Translations under genes and position numbers: made by a program
Notes under the pieces: generated by a model
Told to the model about the DNA's origin: nothing
Seen by the model: the letters and a program-made list of their open reading frames with translations, nothing else
Databases searched by the model: none
Shown: positions 1 to 9,551 of the stretch, piece after piece
Layout: every line of letters begins with the position of its first letter
Numbering within the stretch: position 1 is the stretch's first letter
From: Desulfomonilia bacterium
Lineage (GTDB): Bacteria > Desulfobacterota > Desulfomonilia > UBA1062
Direction: 5' to 3'
NCBI GenBank assembly: GCA_050014195.1
Contig: JBEKDT010000002.1
Span: forward strand, 96,001 to 160,000
DNA: 64,000 bases

Positions 1-75
1 AATCAATATCAGGATGAGAAGCGGAAGAGCACTGGGTAGTAATTTGTGGATACGGTGAGCTAGTTGCCGTTTCAT
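1..75 (-). CDS. 5' end of a gene running off the window (N-terminal signal/TM segment), product unknown
   Basis: ATG at 75 preceded by GAAAGGA; reads MKRQLAHRIHKLLPSALPLLILILI to the window edge; sigma54 promoter upstream. Confidence 0.6.
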   Translation of the reverse strand, partial: MKRQLAHRIHKLLPSALPLLILILI

Positions 76-127
76 AAATACGTCCTTTCTTTCGATGGAT
101 CTAGTTGATATTTCAAAGATAATATCA

Positions 128-143
128 TGCAGATTATGTGCCA
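128..143 (-). promoter_or_regulatory. sigma54 (-24/-12) promoter
   Basis: Minus strand TGGCAC-ATAAT-CTGCA has canonical GG-N10-GC spacing, ~50 nt upstream of the ATG at 75. Confidence 0.65.
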
Positions 144-546
144 CCATGTAACAGACTGATATATTTATTTTAATTTAAGTTGCCTTCCGAAGAGTGCAAA
201 GATATTTGACAGTTCATTACAGTGCATATTTTATATCTCATTGAATATATTATTATAATTTATAAAGTAAATTTGTTAATTATTCCAAAAGATCAATTTG
301 ATATTTAATACGAATGAACTGATGATTATGTGCCATAAGGCGCGGTTAGTATTGAGACAACTCTACCTATGGATAACATCAGCAGATCTTCAGTTTTCAT
401 GCCTTTTGAAAATGCTCATCTATCGCATGAAAATCCAATATCGTCAGGGACAAGAGTGCCTGGTTTGATCATTGCTATGATTTGCTTGAATGTCCTGTTA
501 CAAACTTGAGATTAGGTATCCATAGGCCAAGAGGTAAGGCATAGCC

Positions 547-1095
547 TTATTGCGGTTTGAAGTTCAGATTTTCAATCTGCTGCAATATCCATTCACCTGC
601 TATGAATTCATAATGAAGCCTTAGTTTGCCTGAATAGGTTGAGACTGTATCCACATGAACAACTACCTGTGCTTTATCGCCTTTAATCTTCGTATCAAGA
701 ATATTGATGTTGCTGATATTTGTTCCGTCGAATATTATCCCCATAGGAACTGTTACAAAAGCGCTGTAAGACTGATTTGCAGAGGATTCTGATGATGATT
801 TTCCACCGATTTCGGAGCGATTACCTGAATTGGTTTTGACTTTTACAACAGAATCAGGATCAACACTTTTTCCAATAAGGTCCTGTTCAATTTTTTCCGG
901 GGTGAAGACAGGGCTTTTCTTATGAGCATAAGACTCTGCTTTCGAACATATGCTATTGATTTGGCTCGCAGATAAACCCTCGTCCTTCATCGCCTTGATG
1001 ACGGCTTCGGAGCATTGATTGGCCATTGCATCGGTAATGATGAATGCAATGAAGAAAACTGAGATCGATATAACCAGATGGATCGATCTTTTCAT
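547..1095 (-). CDS. hypothetical secreted protein (182 aa)
   Basis: Start moved to ATG 1095 (GAGGAGGAG RBS); signal peptide MKRSIHLVISISVFFIAFIITDAMA; Cys pair near mature N-terminus. Confidence 0.75.
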   Translation of the reverse strand: MKRSIHLVISISVFFIAFIITDAMANQCSEAVIKAMKDEGLSASQINSICSKAESYAHKKSPVFTPEKIEQDLIGKSVDPDSVVKVKTNSGNRSEIGGKSSSESSANQSYSAFVTVPMGIIFDGTNISNINILDTKIKGDKAQVVVHVDTVSTYSGKLRLHYEFIAGEWILQQIENLNFKPQ

Positions 1096-1271
1096 ATTGC
1101 TCCTCCTCGTGTTACGGCGACAACGATTTGTCCGGTAGAGACAACTCATATAAGCATGAACCGGCAAAAGGTTGCAAGCCGAGGCATTTATAAGTCTAGG
1201 AGGATCGATTTAACCTCCTTCCTTACTATAACCCAAGCCGGGGCATTCAAAAAGTCCATGTGTTGTCAGCC

Positions 1272-2618
1272 TCATGCATGTAACCATATCTGGGCAGCCA
1301 TTTGAACAGGGTCCCAAGGGGTACTAAGTGGGGGAGTATAACTGAGATCCAGATCATTGAGATCTTCCACCTTCATCCTATGAAACAGGGCTGCAGCGAC
1401 GATATCTATCCTCTTTGAGACTTCTGATTTCCTGTTACCGAGAATCTGTGCCCCAAGAAGCACGTGAGATCTTCGGTCTCCGCTCATAAGGATCCGCATT
1501 TTTTTAGCACCCGGATAGTATGCCTTATGATCCCACGTTTCGAATTCAACCGTCATCGGCTCATACCCTGCTTCCTGCGCTTCCTTATCCCGAAGACCCG
1601 TACGGGCCGCTACAAGATCGAAGATCTTCACCACCTGGGTACCCAGAGAGCCTTTGAACTCGGCCTTCCCTCCGGCCATGTTCTCTCCTGCAATGCGGCC
1701 TTGCTTGTGGGCGGTTGTCCCCAGCGGGAGATAGGCATATTTTTCCAGGAACCGATGCCAGGTTTCCACACAATCTCCGGCAGCAAAGACATCGGGCAAA
1801 TTGGTTTTCATTTCCCTGTTTATCTCTATGGCCCCGTAGCTTCCGATTTTTACCCCTGCTGCCCTGGCAAGCTCGACGGAAGGCCGAGAGCCGGCAGCTA
1901 CCAGAACCATGTCCGTCTGTATTTCCAGATCGGTCGAGCCCACAACAACCAAATGATCATCTTTCCTGCCGATTTCTTTAACTGCCGTGCCAGTTATAAC
2001 CCGAACGCCATTATCTTCGAGTTCTTCTCGAACAAGCCGACCCAGGCTCGTATCTACAGTAGTGAGGACAGTTTGGGCATATTCCACTACGGTTACTTCA
2101 ATACCCCGATAGGTTAGTGCATCGGCCATTTCCATACCGATGTATCCCCCGCCGATGATCACAGCGGATCTTACCTTCTTTTCTGTCAGAAACCTTTGCA
2201 TCTCAAAACCGTCTTCCATCCTTCTCAGGAAAAAGACACCCGGCACATCAAGCCCCCTGATCGGTGGTATCGCCGATACAGCCCCGGTCCCGATGAGTAG
2301 ACGATCATAGCCCACGAAATGAGTATGACCATTATTGCCGACAAATCTTACCTGTTTCTGCTGGGGGTCAATCATGTCCGCCTTGTGACCAAGGAGAAGT
2401 CGAATGCCTTTTTCTTCAATCTCCTCAGTGGTTCTATGAGCAAGGGTCTTCCAATCCTGTATTTCTCCGCTCAAGTAGAAAGGGAGGCCGCAGATGCTGA
2501 AATTAGGGAACAGGTCTGCAACAACTATTGTTATGTCGATATGAGGACTGAGTTCCTTTGCCCTGAGGGCAGCACTAATACCCGCATCACTGCCGCCAAT
2601 GATCACTACCTTTTCCAT
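1272..2618 (-). CDS. CoA-disulfide reductase / NADH oxidase family flavoprotein
   Basis: FAD motif IIGGSDAGISAA, single-Cys active site FSICGLPFY, NADH motif IIGGGYIGME, AAGDC, C-terminal LSYTPPLS. Confidence 0.9.
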   Translation of the reverse strand: MEKVVIIGGSDAGISAALRAKELSPHIDITIVVADLFPNFSICGLPFYLSGEIQDWKTLAHRTTEEIEEKGIRLLLGHKADMIDPQQKQVRFVGNNGHTHFVGYDRLLIGTGAVSAIPPIRGLDVPGVFFLRRMEDGFEMQRFLTEKKVRSAVIIGGGYIGMEMADALTYRGIEVTVVEYAQTVLTTVDTSLGRLVREELEDNGVRVITGTAVKEIGRKDDHLVVVGSTDLEIQTDMVLVAAGSRPSVELARAAGVKIGSYGAIEINREMKTNLPDVFAAGDCVETWHRFLEKYAYLPLGTTAHKQGRIAGENMAGGKAEFKGSLGTQVVKIFDLVAARTGLRDKEAQEAGYEPMTVEFETWDHKAYYPGAKKMRILMSGDRRSHVLLGAQILGNRKSEVSKRIDIVAAALFHRMKVEDLNDLDLSYTPPLSTPWDPVQMAAQIWLHA

Positions 2619-2733
2619 TGAAACCAAGACCTCTTCAAAGGAGTATCGAGATACATCTTAGGGAAAGTTTATAGGATATGCACTTCAATAATCAAATAGA
2701 GAGGAAACGATGAAATATTTCAAAGATACCTCT

Positions 2734-4200
2734 TTAGCTTGCTGCACGAAGGATTATTGGGTCTCTCTTTCGATCCTCTTCTCCCATACCGGCATAGAAC
2801 CACTTGGGGAAGTTAAAATAAGAGGTGATGGAGCGAGGGAGCAAAAGGGCAGCCTGAAGGAATGACTCAAGATCGGGCACGTTATAGATATTCACATCAA
2901 GACCCCAGTTCTGGAGCTGGATGATCAGACGCCTGCTTTCGCTTGTTTTCCAGTTCACTGAGAACCGGTTAATGCCCCACCTGGAGTACATGGTGAGGTA
3001 TCTTCTGGCCTCTGATGGGGAGGACACGATCAGGTAGCCAAGAGCGTCCACCGGGCACTGATTTATTGCTCCGGGGAATCTTTCCATGATCGTCTTAAGC
3101 CCGCCGAAGTTCAGTTCGTTTATGCTTCTGTTTATCCATACCTGATCCTCGGTAAAGCCGATATCGCTGAGCATCTCGGTCACACGTTCCAATAAACCCT
3201 CTTCCTTGATGTCCAGCTTTACACCCCTGCCTGCATCCTTGAGAACGGACAGGAAGAATTCAAGTTTGTTTGCCGTCTCATTCTGGGTCTTCAGTACCTC
3301 AGAGAAGCTCTTCCTGCGGACGATTAAAGAATTATCACCGGGGTCAATACGGACGTGCATCTCAGCCCAGTGGACATTCGATACGAGGAACTGGCGGAGT
3401 ATGGATTCATCGTCCACACCATGCCACACGAACTCGATATGCTTGGGCAATCCTTTTTCACCGATGAACTCGGTAATGTCATAACGGCTGCCGGCTACTG
3501 CACCAATGGGGATATGACCAGGTGCGGATTCGAAAATAGTGTCCGCATGCAGCAAAAAAATATCGCTGGTAAGCTCTTTCTCCGCAATGGTCTTTAAGAT
3601 TGCCGGCTCATTGTCGACCACGGCAACGATGCGGTACCCCATGTCCGTAAAGGCCTTCAATCCATCAATCTTAGAATCGGTAATGCTGGACAGCGAATTC
3701 ATATGAAGCAGGTGGGGTGAAAACTCAATGCGATATTCAGCCCCGAGGGTGTTGAGGGCTCGCAGCGTCTCGTCCCTCATGTGCTCGGATCTCCCGGTGT
3801 TCAGGCCCACATAGGTATTTGGCTGCAACTGGAACCACCTGATGACATCCAGGACTCCATCAAACAGGTGGTGTGACTGGAGAATAGCATCTTCAGACCA
3901 GAAGTTGAGTACATACCATTCAATGATCTTCGACTTCTCGGGATCTGTTATGCCAAGATCGTCCAGGAGTGTTTCTATCTCATTTTCGTGAATGTGGATA
4001 TCATCGGCCCCGAGATACCGGAAATGACGTGTGCCATGCTCCCGGTCATAGGTATGAAGGATCGATACGATCATGTATCGTGTGTCAAGTATGGTTCCAT
4101 CAATATCAAAGACGATCAGAAGTCTGTCTTGAGGGTATACCTTGCGCATTGATTCATAGTGGAATGCGAGATCACGCATCCAGCTTGTTGTATTTCTCAT
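2734..4200 (-). CDS. HAD-superfamily hydrolase fused to a menorin/FAM151 (DUF2181)-like TIM-barrel domain
   Basis: HAD motif I FDIDGT, motif II NTGR, motif IV VVDNE; C-terminal FVWHGVD..WAEMHVR and GVKLDIK resemble the DUF2181/GDPD-like barrel. Confidence 0.7.
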   Translation of the reverse strand: MRNTTSWMRDLAFHYESMRKVYPQDRLLIVFDIDGTILDTRYMIVSILHTYDREHGTRHFRYLGADDIHIHENEIETLLDDLGITDPEKSKIIEWYVLNFWSEDAILQSHHLFDGVLDVIRWFQLQPNTYVGLNTGRSEHMRDETLRALNTLGAEYRIEFSPHLLHMNSLSSITDSKIDGLKAFTDMGYRIVAVVDNEPAILKTIAEKELTSDIFLLHADTIFESAPGHIPIGAVAGSRYDITEFIGEKGLPKHIEFVWHGVDDESILRQFLVSNVHWAEMHVRIDPGDNSLIVRRKSFSEVLKTQNETANKLEFFLSVLKDAGRGVKLDIKEEGLLERVTEMLSDIGFTEDQVWINRSINELNFGGLKTIMERFPGAINQCPVDALGYLIVSSPSEARRYLTMYSRWGINRFSVNWKTSESRRLIIQLQNWGLDVNIYNVPDLESFLQAALLLPRSITSYFNFPKWFYAGMGEEDRKRDPIILRAAS

Positions 4201-4246
4201 GGTAACAATAGCTCCTTTCTTGCCCTCTTTTATAGCGGGTTGTGGT

Positions 4247-4435
4247 TTAGTATTGCAGCCTCATCTTGGGTGTTCTCAATTGTTTCTGTCTCCTGCTTCC
4301 TGCAATAAGCTGGAATATCCTCATGCACACCGAGTTATACCCATAAGTATTTCTGGTACGGTAAATCAGCAGGATCTTACAGAAGTATATTGAGGCTGTT
4401 TCAAATAAACTCGGGTTCTTTATGTGCTCTTTCAT
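4247..4435 (-). CDS. small hypothetical protein (62 aa)
   Basis: ATG preceded by AGGGAG, directly downstream of the 4452-4622 ORF; no motif recognised. Confidence 0.35.
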   Translation of the reverse strand: MKEHIKNPSLFETASIYFCKILLIYRTRNTYGYNSVCMRIFQLIAGSRRQKQLRTPKMRLQY

Positions 4436-4451
4436 ATACAGGCTCCCTATT

Positions 4452-4622
4452 TTAATATATCCAATCTATGCCTGTATTATTAACTGCGTATGAACAAGGG
4501 ATGAATTTTTGGTTAACTTCATCGTGTGCGTTACAGACAGTCGGTTCAGTTGCATGCACCGTGAACCAGGTAATGGATAGAGAAAGGATGAAGAAAACTA
4601 CGGCAAAGATTAATCTTTTCAT
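4452..4622 (-). CDS. small secreted protein (56 aa), not in the ORF track
   Basis: GGAGGT RBS then ATG; MKRLIFAVVFFILSLSITWFTVHA|TEPTVCNAHDEVNQKFIPCSYAVNNTGIDWIY; Sec-type signal peptide, two Cys. Confidence 0.65.
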   Translation of the reverse strand: MKRLIFAVVFFILSLSITWFTVHATEPTVCNAHDEVNQKFIPCSYAVNNTGIDWIY

Positions 4623-4742
4623 GATACCTCCCGTACTTTTAAAAGAGAATTCAGGCTAAGGGTGAATATCGAAGAAACACCACTCAAATAAAAAGATGGT
4701 TTCCTGATAATAAGCGCAGCACGAAATATTCCACAGGAGAGC

Positions 4743-4934
4743 TTACTTTAATCTCTCAAGATAATCATCAATGGTCATCGAGGGTACCGGCGGTATACTG
4801 ATACCATAATCCGACACGGGATATTCCTTGTTTATGTCTGATACCGGTTCATACAGAATATAGCGAGCGCTGTCGAATCCCATGGGTTTAGGATTATTTC
4901 TTATATATCTGAAAAGCTCTATTCCTTTGTTCAT
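4743..4934 (-). CDS. small hypothetical protein (63 aa)
   Basis: GGAGGT RBS before ATG 4934; MNKGIELFRYIRNNPKPMGF...DDYLERLK. Confidence 0.55.
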   Translation of the reverse strand: MNKGIELFRYIRNNPKPMGFDSARYILYEPVSDINKEYPVSDYGISIPPVPSMTIDDYLERLK

Positions 4935-5252
4935 GAAGACACCTCCATTCATTATCTATTATCCTTTAATCCATTATCTAATGACTCATTGTGAATTTAT
5001 TATGTGTTCACGATTAAGATTAGATGAATTCTTTTCGAGGCAAAGTCGGCCGGATATCTTGATCTTTGTAGTCTATCTCTGTTGCTTCGAGTACTTCTGT
5101 AGCTCTTTTCATTGCTTCTTGTTGATAGGTTTCTTGAAGTTATATCTGGTTGACACAGACTAAAGATTATTTGCCAAAATCAAAGGTTGATCCCGATTGA
5201 AAAATTTCTTGGGGATAATCTTCATCAGGCCATGCGCATTCATACTTTGCCA

Positions 5253-6884
5253 CTATCTGATGGCCGGGAAATTGCCTTCCAGGCCCCGCGCGGGTGCTAT
5301 GTAGTGGCACCCGATGGAGGAACGATTCCTCAGGGCAGCCTCTGCCACCATAATGGCTGACTGGGTGCCCTGGAACAGGCTTATGATGTCTTTTGACACC
5401 GGGGTTTCTTTGTAAAATTCCTCAATCCTCAGGTACATGTGCCGCATATCCTCGATGGCACGCTTGAGCCGGGGTGGTGTTCGCACGATCCCTACATAGT
5501 TCCACATGGTGTTCTTTATGGCCATCCAATCCTGGGCGATAAGCGCAGGGTCTTCATTTTCAATATTGCCGGCAGGGATCCAGTCCCGGGCAGAGCCGAG
5601 CACGGCTGCGCTCACGGTCTTGCCCGCATTGATCCTCTCGGTGATATCTATGGCGGCATAGTATCCCCATGTGAGGCCTTCCAGCAGCGAAGTGGAGGCA
5701 AGGCGGTTTGCGCCGTGGAGACCTGTACATGAAACCTCACCCACTGCATGGAGGCCCTTGAGCGAGGTGCGCCCCCTTATGTCGACATGTACGCCCCCGC
5801 AAAAGTAGTGCGCCGCGGGCACCACAGGTACCGGCTCTCTGGTTATGTCGATGCCGGCATCCTTGCATGTGGTATAAATAGTGGGAAATCGGCTAGGGAT
5901 ATCCTCTTTTACGAAATTCGCGACATCAAGCAGGACATGGTCTTCGGAATTGTGGAGCATCTCCTCCCATATGGCGCGGGCCACCTCGTCCCTGGGTGCC
6001 AGGTCCTTAAGCTCGGGATTATAGCGCTCCATGAAATATTCGCCGCGAAGGTTCTTGAGCCTGGCACCCTCACCCCGCACCGCCTCGGAGATGAGGAACC
6101 TTCGTGCGCCGGGTATATAGAGTGTGGTGGGGTGAAACTGCATGAACTCCATGTTGATCATGCGGGCTCCGGCGCGCTGGGCCATGACCATGCCGTCACC
6201 CACTGTTCCTTTCTCGTTTGTGGTGTGCAGGTAGATGTCTCCAAGACCGCCCGTGGCAAGCACGATGTCCTGGGCCAAGATAGTCATGACCTTTTTCTTG
6301 CGGTTCAGGAACACATACGCGCCCATGCACCGGTTGTCGAGCTGATATGACGCCTGGATGTCCGTGGAGTGGTGATGGAGGGTAATGAGGTCAATGGCAG
6401 TGGCTTCGGTGATGATCTCTACATTGGGGTGCTCTTTCACTGCCTTGATGAGGGCCTTCTCGATTACTGCGCCGGTGTTGTCTGCCGAGTACAGGATGCG
6501 ATTGACGGAGTGAGCCGCCTCCCTGGTGAGATCGAAGTCCTCGTCCTGGGCGCTGGTGATATGGGTAAAGTCCACCTTGAGCTCGTCGATGAGCATCTCC
6601 TTGACCACATCGGGCCCTCTTGCTGCGAGGAACTCCACGGCCTCTACCGAGTTGATCTCCCTGCCCGCACGCATGATGTCGGCAACAAGCATCAGGGGTG
6701 AATCACCGTTACCCCGGTATACAATGCCGCCCTGGGCGCGGTTGGTATTGGTGGCATAAATATCGGAACGCTTGGTGATCAGGCATACCCTGATACCCAT
6801 ACGAGCAGCCATGAGCGCGCACGTGGCTCCGGCAATACCTGTGCCTATAACGAGGCACTCTGTTTCTTTGCGTTCAGTACTCAT
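5253..6884 (-). CDS. nadB: L-aspartate oxidase
   Basis: FAD motif IGTGIAG, AQGGI, EAAHS..RI, QFHPT, LISEAVRGEG, LAPRDEVAR, GLHGANRLASTSLLE; clustered with nadA/nadC. Confidence 0.95.
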   Translation of the reverse strand: MSTERKETECLVIGTGIAGATCALMAARMGIRVCLITKRSDIYATNTNRAQGGIVYRGNGDSPLMLVADIMRAGREINSVEAVEFLAARGPDVVKEMLIDELKVDFTHITSAQDEDFDLTREAAHSVNRILYSADNTGAVIEKALIKAVKEHPNVEIITEATAIDLITLHHHSTDIQASYQLDNRCMGAYVFLNRKKKVMTILAQDIVLATGGLGDIYLHTTNEKGTVGDGMVMAQRAGARMINMEFMQFHPTTLYIPGARRFLISEAVRGEGARLKNLRGEYFMERYNPELKDLAPRDEVARAIWEEMLHNSEDHVLLDVANFVKEDIPSRFPTIYTTCKDAGIDITREPVPVVPAAHYFCGGVHVDIRGRTSLKGLHAVGEVSCTGLHGANRLASTSLLEGLTWGYYAAIDITERINAGKTVSAAVLGSARDWIPAGNIENEDPALIAQDWMAIKNTMWNYVGIVRTPPRLKRAIEDMRHMYLRIEEFYKETPVSKDIISLFQGTQSAIMVAEAALRNRSSIGCHYIAPARGLEGNFPAIR

Positions 6885-6887
6885 TTT

Positions 6888-7922
6888 TTAAATCCTCAGC
6901 ATGGCATCGAGTGCATTTTTGGCATCCGCCACGACGGACCCGCTCAACTCAACTTTGCCTTCACCACTTCTCACTTGCATTAACGTCTTTGCCAATTTCT
7001 GTAGTGTGATCTTGGCCATGTCATCGCAGTATACCTCTTTTAAGGGGATGACCTCAACACGGCCCAAATTCTGTTTTGCCGCTCTTAAGACCATGTTGGC
7101 CTCTGTACCTACAGCCAGACGCTCACCATCAGGCAGCAATGAGATGTAATCCAGCATCTGCGAGGTGGAGCCTGATGACGTGGCCGCCTTGACCGTTTCG
7201 GGGTTTGTCTCAGGGTGCACCATGATCTTGATACCGGGGTATTTATCGCGGACCCGCTCAACATCCGAAACGCTGAACTCCGGACAATGCACCGGACACC
7301 AGCCCTTCCAGAGAACTAACCGCGCCCGTTCGATATCTCCTCTCCTCAGACCTCCATCTTGCAAGGCAGTGTCCCAGAGGACTATCTCATCATCGCGCAT
7401 GTCCATGGCATATGCAGTGTTCCTGCCCAGGTTCATATCGGGCATGAATAATACCTTTGCCCCTTTGTCGAAGGCCCACACAAGAACCTTCTTTGCATTG
7501 GCAGAGGTGCAGACGGCACCGTTATTCCTGCCGCAGAATGCCTTCAGATCGGCAGTGGAGTTCACATAAGTGACAGGTATTACATGGCTGCTAATGCCGG
7601 CGATTGCATCCCAAGCTTTGTTCACGTCGTCGATCCTTGCCATATCCGCCAGGGGGCAACCTGCTCCGGCATCCGGGATAAAGACGGACTTTCCCGGTGC
7701 CAGGATGGCCGCAGTCTCGGCCATAAAGTAGACGCCGCAAAGTACAATGTACTCTGCAGCTTCGATCTGCGAGGCCTTCCGTGCAAGCTCCAGAGAATCA
7801 CCTACATAATCCGCGAACTCGATGATTCCGTCTGACTGATAGTGGTGGCCCAGGATAACGAGCCTGGCACCGAGGTCTTGTTTAACCTTAACTATTATAT
7901 CGCGTGCCTCGCGGTCCGTCAT
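6888..7922 (-). CDS. nadA: quinolinate synthase
   Basis: ILGHHYQ, GDSLELA, CGVYFMAE, AGCPLADM, TYVNS, CTSANA, GWCPVH, HPE, final YC; three [4Fe-4S] Cys. Confidence 0.95.
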   Translation of the reverse strand: MTDREARDIIVKVKQDLGARLVILGHHYQSDGIIEFADYVGDSLELARKASQIEAAEYIVLCGVYFMAETAAILAPGKSVFIPDAGAGCPLADMARIDDVNKAWDAIAGISSHVIPVTYVNSTADLKAFCGRNNGAVCTSANAKKVLVWAFDKGAKVLFMPDMNLGRNTAYAMDMRDDEIVLWDTALQDGGLRRGDIERARLVLWKGWCPVHCPEFSVSDVERVRDKYPGIKIMVHPETNPETVKAATSSGSTSQMLDYISLLPDGERLAVGTEANMVLRAAKQNLGRVEVIPLKEVYCDDMAKITLQKLAKTLMQVRSGEGKVELSGSVVADAKNALDAMLRI

Positions 7923-8752
7923 TGCTCGCCCTCAACGATCATGGAGATATCAAGCGCATGAACCGAATGGGTTATCTCTCCCACTGATATATAATCGACG
8001 CCGGTCAACGCCACCGTGCGTACGGTATCCAGGGTTATTCCGCCTGATGCCTCAAGCGGGATGAGGCCATGAACAAGCTCAACAGCCTGTTTCATAGCGT
8101 CTATTGAGAAGTTGTCGAGCATGATCCGGTCGACCTTCAATGCGAGGAGGGTCTCCACATCACCGATGTTTCTCGCCTCCACCTCGACGGATACGCCCGG
8201 GAAGGCGCTTCTGACCCTGCCCACTGCTTCGGCGATGGAGCCGGCTGCATCTATGTGGTTGTCCTTGATGAGTGACATATCCCAAAGCCCCATGCGGTGG
8301 TTCTCCCCGCCGCCGAGCAGCACGGCCGTCTTGTCAAGAACACGCTGGCCGGGCGCTGTCTTGCGTGTGTCCAGGATACGTGCCTTTGTCCCTTCAAGTT
8401 TTTTCACATACGCAGCAGTGCTTGTGGCAATTCCGGACATGCGCTGCAGAAAATTGAGCGCAACCCGTTCGGCCTTCAGGATGCCCCGGGCAGGGCCGGT
8501 AATGACGGCAATCTTTTGACCAACAGTTACGGCCTGCCCGTCATGCACCTCGAATATGCAGACAATGCCGGGGTCGCTCAGCATAAAGACCCTTTTTGCC
8601 ACATGCACGCCTGCGATGATGCCGTCTGCTTTGGCCTTCATGAAGGCACGCAGCCTGCTCTCATCCGAAAAGACGGCTTCGGAGGTGATGTCGCTCCCAT
8701 CCTCATCGAGGGCCAGCTGAATGATATCATCGATCAGTTCATTTGTATCCAC
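7919..8752 (-). CDS. nadC: nicotinate-nucleotide diphosphorylase (carboxylating)
   Basis: ERVALNFLQRMSGIAT, DTRKT, NHRMGL, IKDNH, IMLDN, EASGG. Confidence 0.95.
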   Translation of the reverse strand: MDTNELIDDIIQLALDEDGSDITSEAVFSDESRLRAFMKAKADGIIAGVHVAKRVFMLSDPGIVCIFEVHDGQAVTVGQKIAVITGPARGILKAERVALNFLQRMSGIATSTAAYVKKLEGTKARILDTRKTAPGQRVLDKTAVLLGGGENHRMGLWDMSLIKDNHIDAAGSIAEAVGRVRSAFPGVSVEVEARNIGDVETLLALKVDRIMLDNFSIDAMKQAVELVHGLIPLEASGGITLDTVRTVALTGVDYISVGEITHSVHALDISMIVEGEQ

Positions 8753-9539
8753 TGCAAAACTCCTCTATCAGAGAATCCACTATCTGATAAGCCTTGTCCA
8801 GCTCTTCCTTATTTTTAAACGAGGAAGACAGGCTCATAAAAACGGCATCATAGGGCGAGGCAGGGGCATTCAGCGACGCATAGTCGATGCGGGCGATATC
8901 GTATTCCTCGCCTACAAAATAATACTTACCGAACCGGGGACGAGCAATATCCCGAAAAGGCCAGGACACCTTCAAGGTGCAATAGCTCCTGATTATCTGC
9001 ATGAGTACAGGCCTTGACCGGACCTTCCTCACGTCCAGGGTTTCGCCGAGCCGGTTCTGGATGATGGTAAAGAAGGTCTTCACAAAGTCGATATCCGTGA
9101 TGGTACTGCCGTAGAGATACCAGTCATCAAGAGCAGCCAGGAGTATGCGCACCTCATGTGCATCGAGCTTCTGGTAGCTCGGGCAGAAGTGGCCGTTGCA
9201 GATATCTTGTCCGTAGAAACTGATCACACGCAGATCTTTCCCTTGGTTCATCAGCGGATGGAGCATGCACCCTACCCGTTTGAAGCGTTCATCCAGAAAA
9301 CCCACGAACTCGCAGGTGTAGATAGTGATATAGATCCGCTTGGAATTTTCCCGGTGCCGGATGATGGTCTGGTAATCTTCAATGGCCAGTGCTTTCTCCC
9401 TCACCCGGAAGAAGAGCCGTGTACGGTAGCCGAAGCGTTGCTCCAGTGAGTCTCTTGTGTTGTCCGTGTAATTATAGATCCCGCAGCAGGCAGCGCATGA
9501 CTTCATAGCATCAGGCTGGCACAGGTGGATATCAACCAT
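8739..9539 (-). CDS. Cys-rich hypothetical protein, possible Fe-S/Zn cluster (YkgJ-like spacing)
   Basis: LCQPD..SCAACCG, CEFVGF, GCMLHP, ICNGHFCPS; overlaps nadC start. Confidence 0.75.
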   Translation of the reverse strand: MVDIHLCQPDAMKSCAACCGIYNYTDNTRDSLEQRFGYRTRLFFRVREKALAIEDYQTIIRHRENSKRIYITIYTCEFVGFLDERFKRVGCMLHPLMNQGKDLRVISFYGQDICNGHFCPSYQKLDAHEVRILLAALDDWYLYGSTITDIDFVKTFFTIIQNRLGETLDVRKVRSRPVLMQIIRSYCTLKVSWPFRDIARPRFGKYYFVGEEYDIARIDYASLNAPASPYDAVFMSLSSSFKNKEELDKAYQIVDSLIEEFCSGYK

Positions 9540-9551
9540 GGGTCCGAACCT

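Noticed and set aside
324-335. Copies of GATTATGTGCCA at 324-335 and 21616-21627 resembling the sigma54 promoter at 128-143
   Set aside because: Both keep the -24 TGGCAC but lack the -12 GC (minus strand ends ATCA and TTCA), so they are unlikely to be functional promoters.
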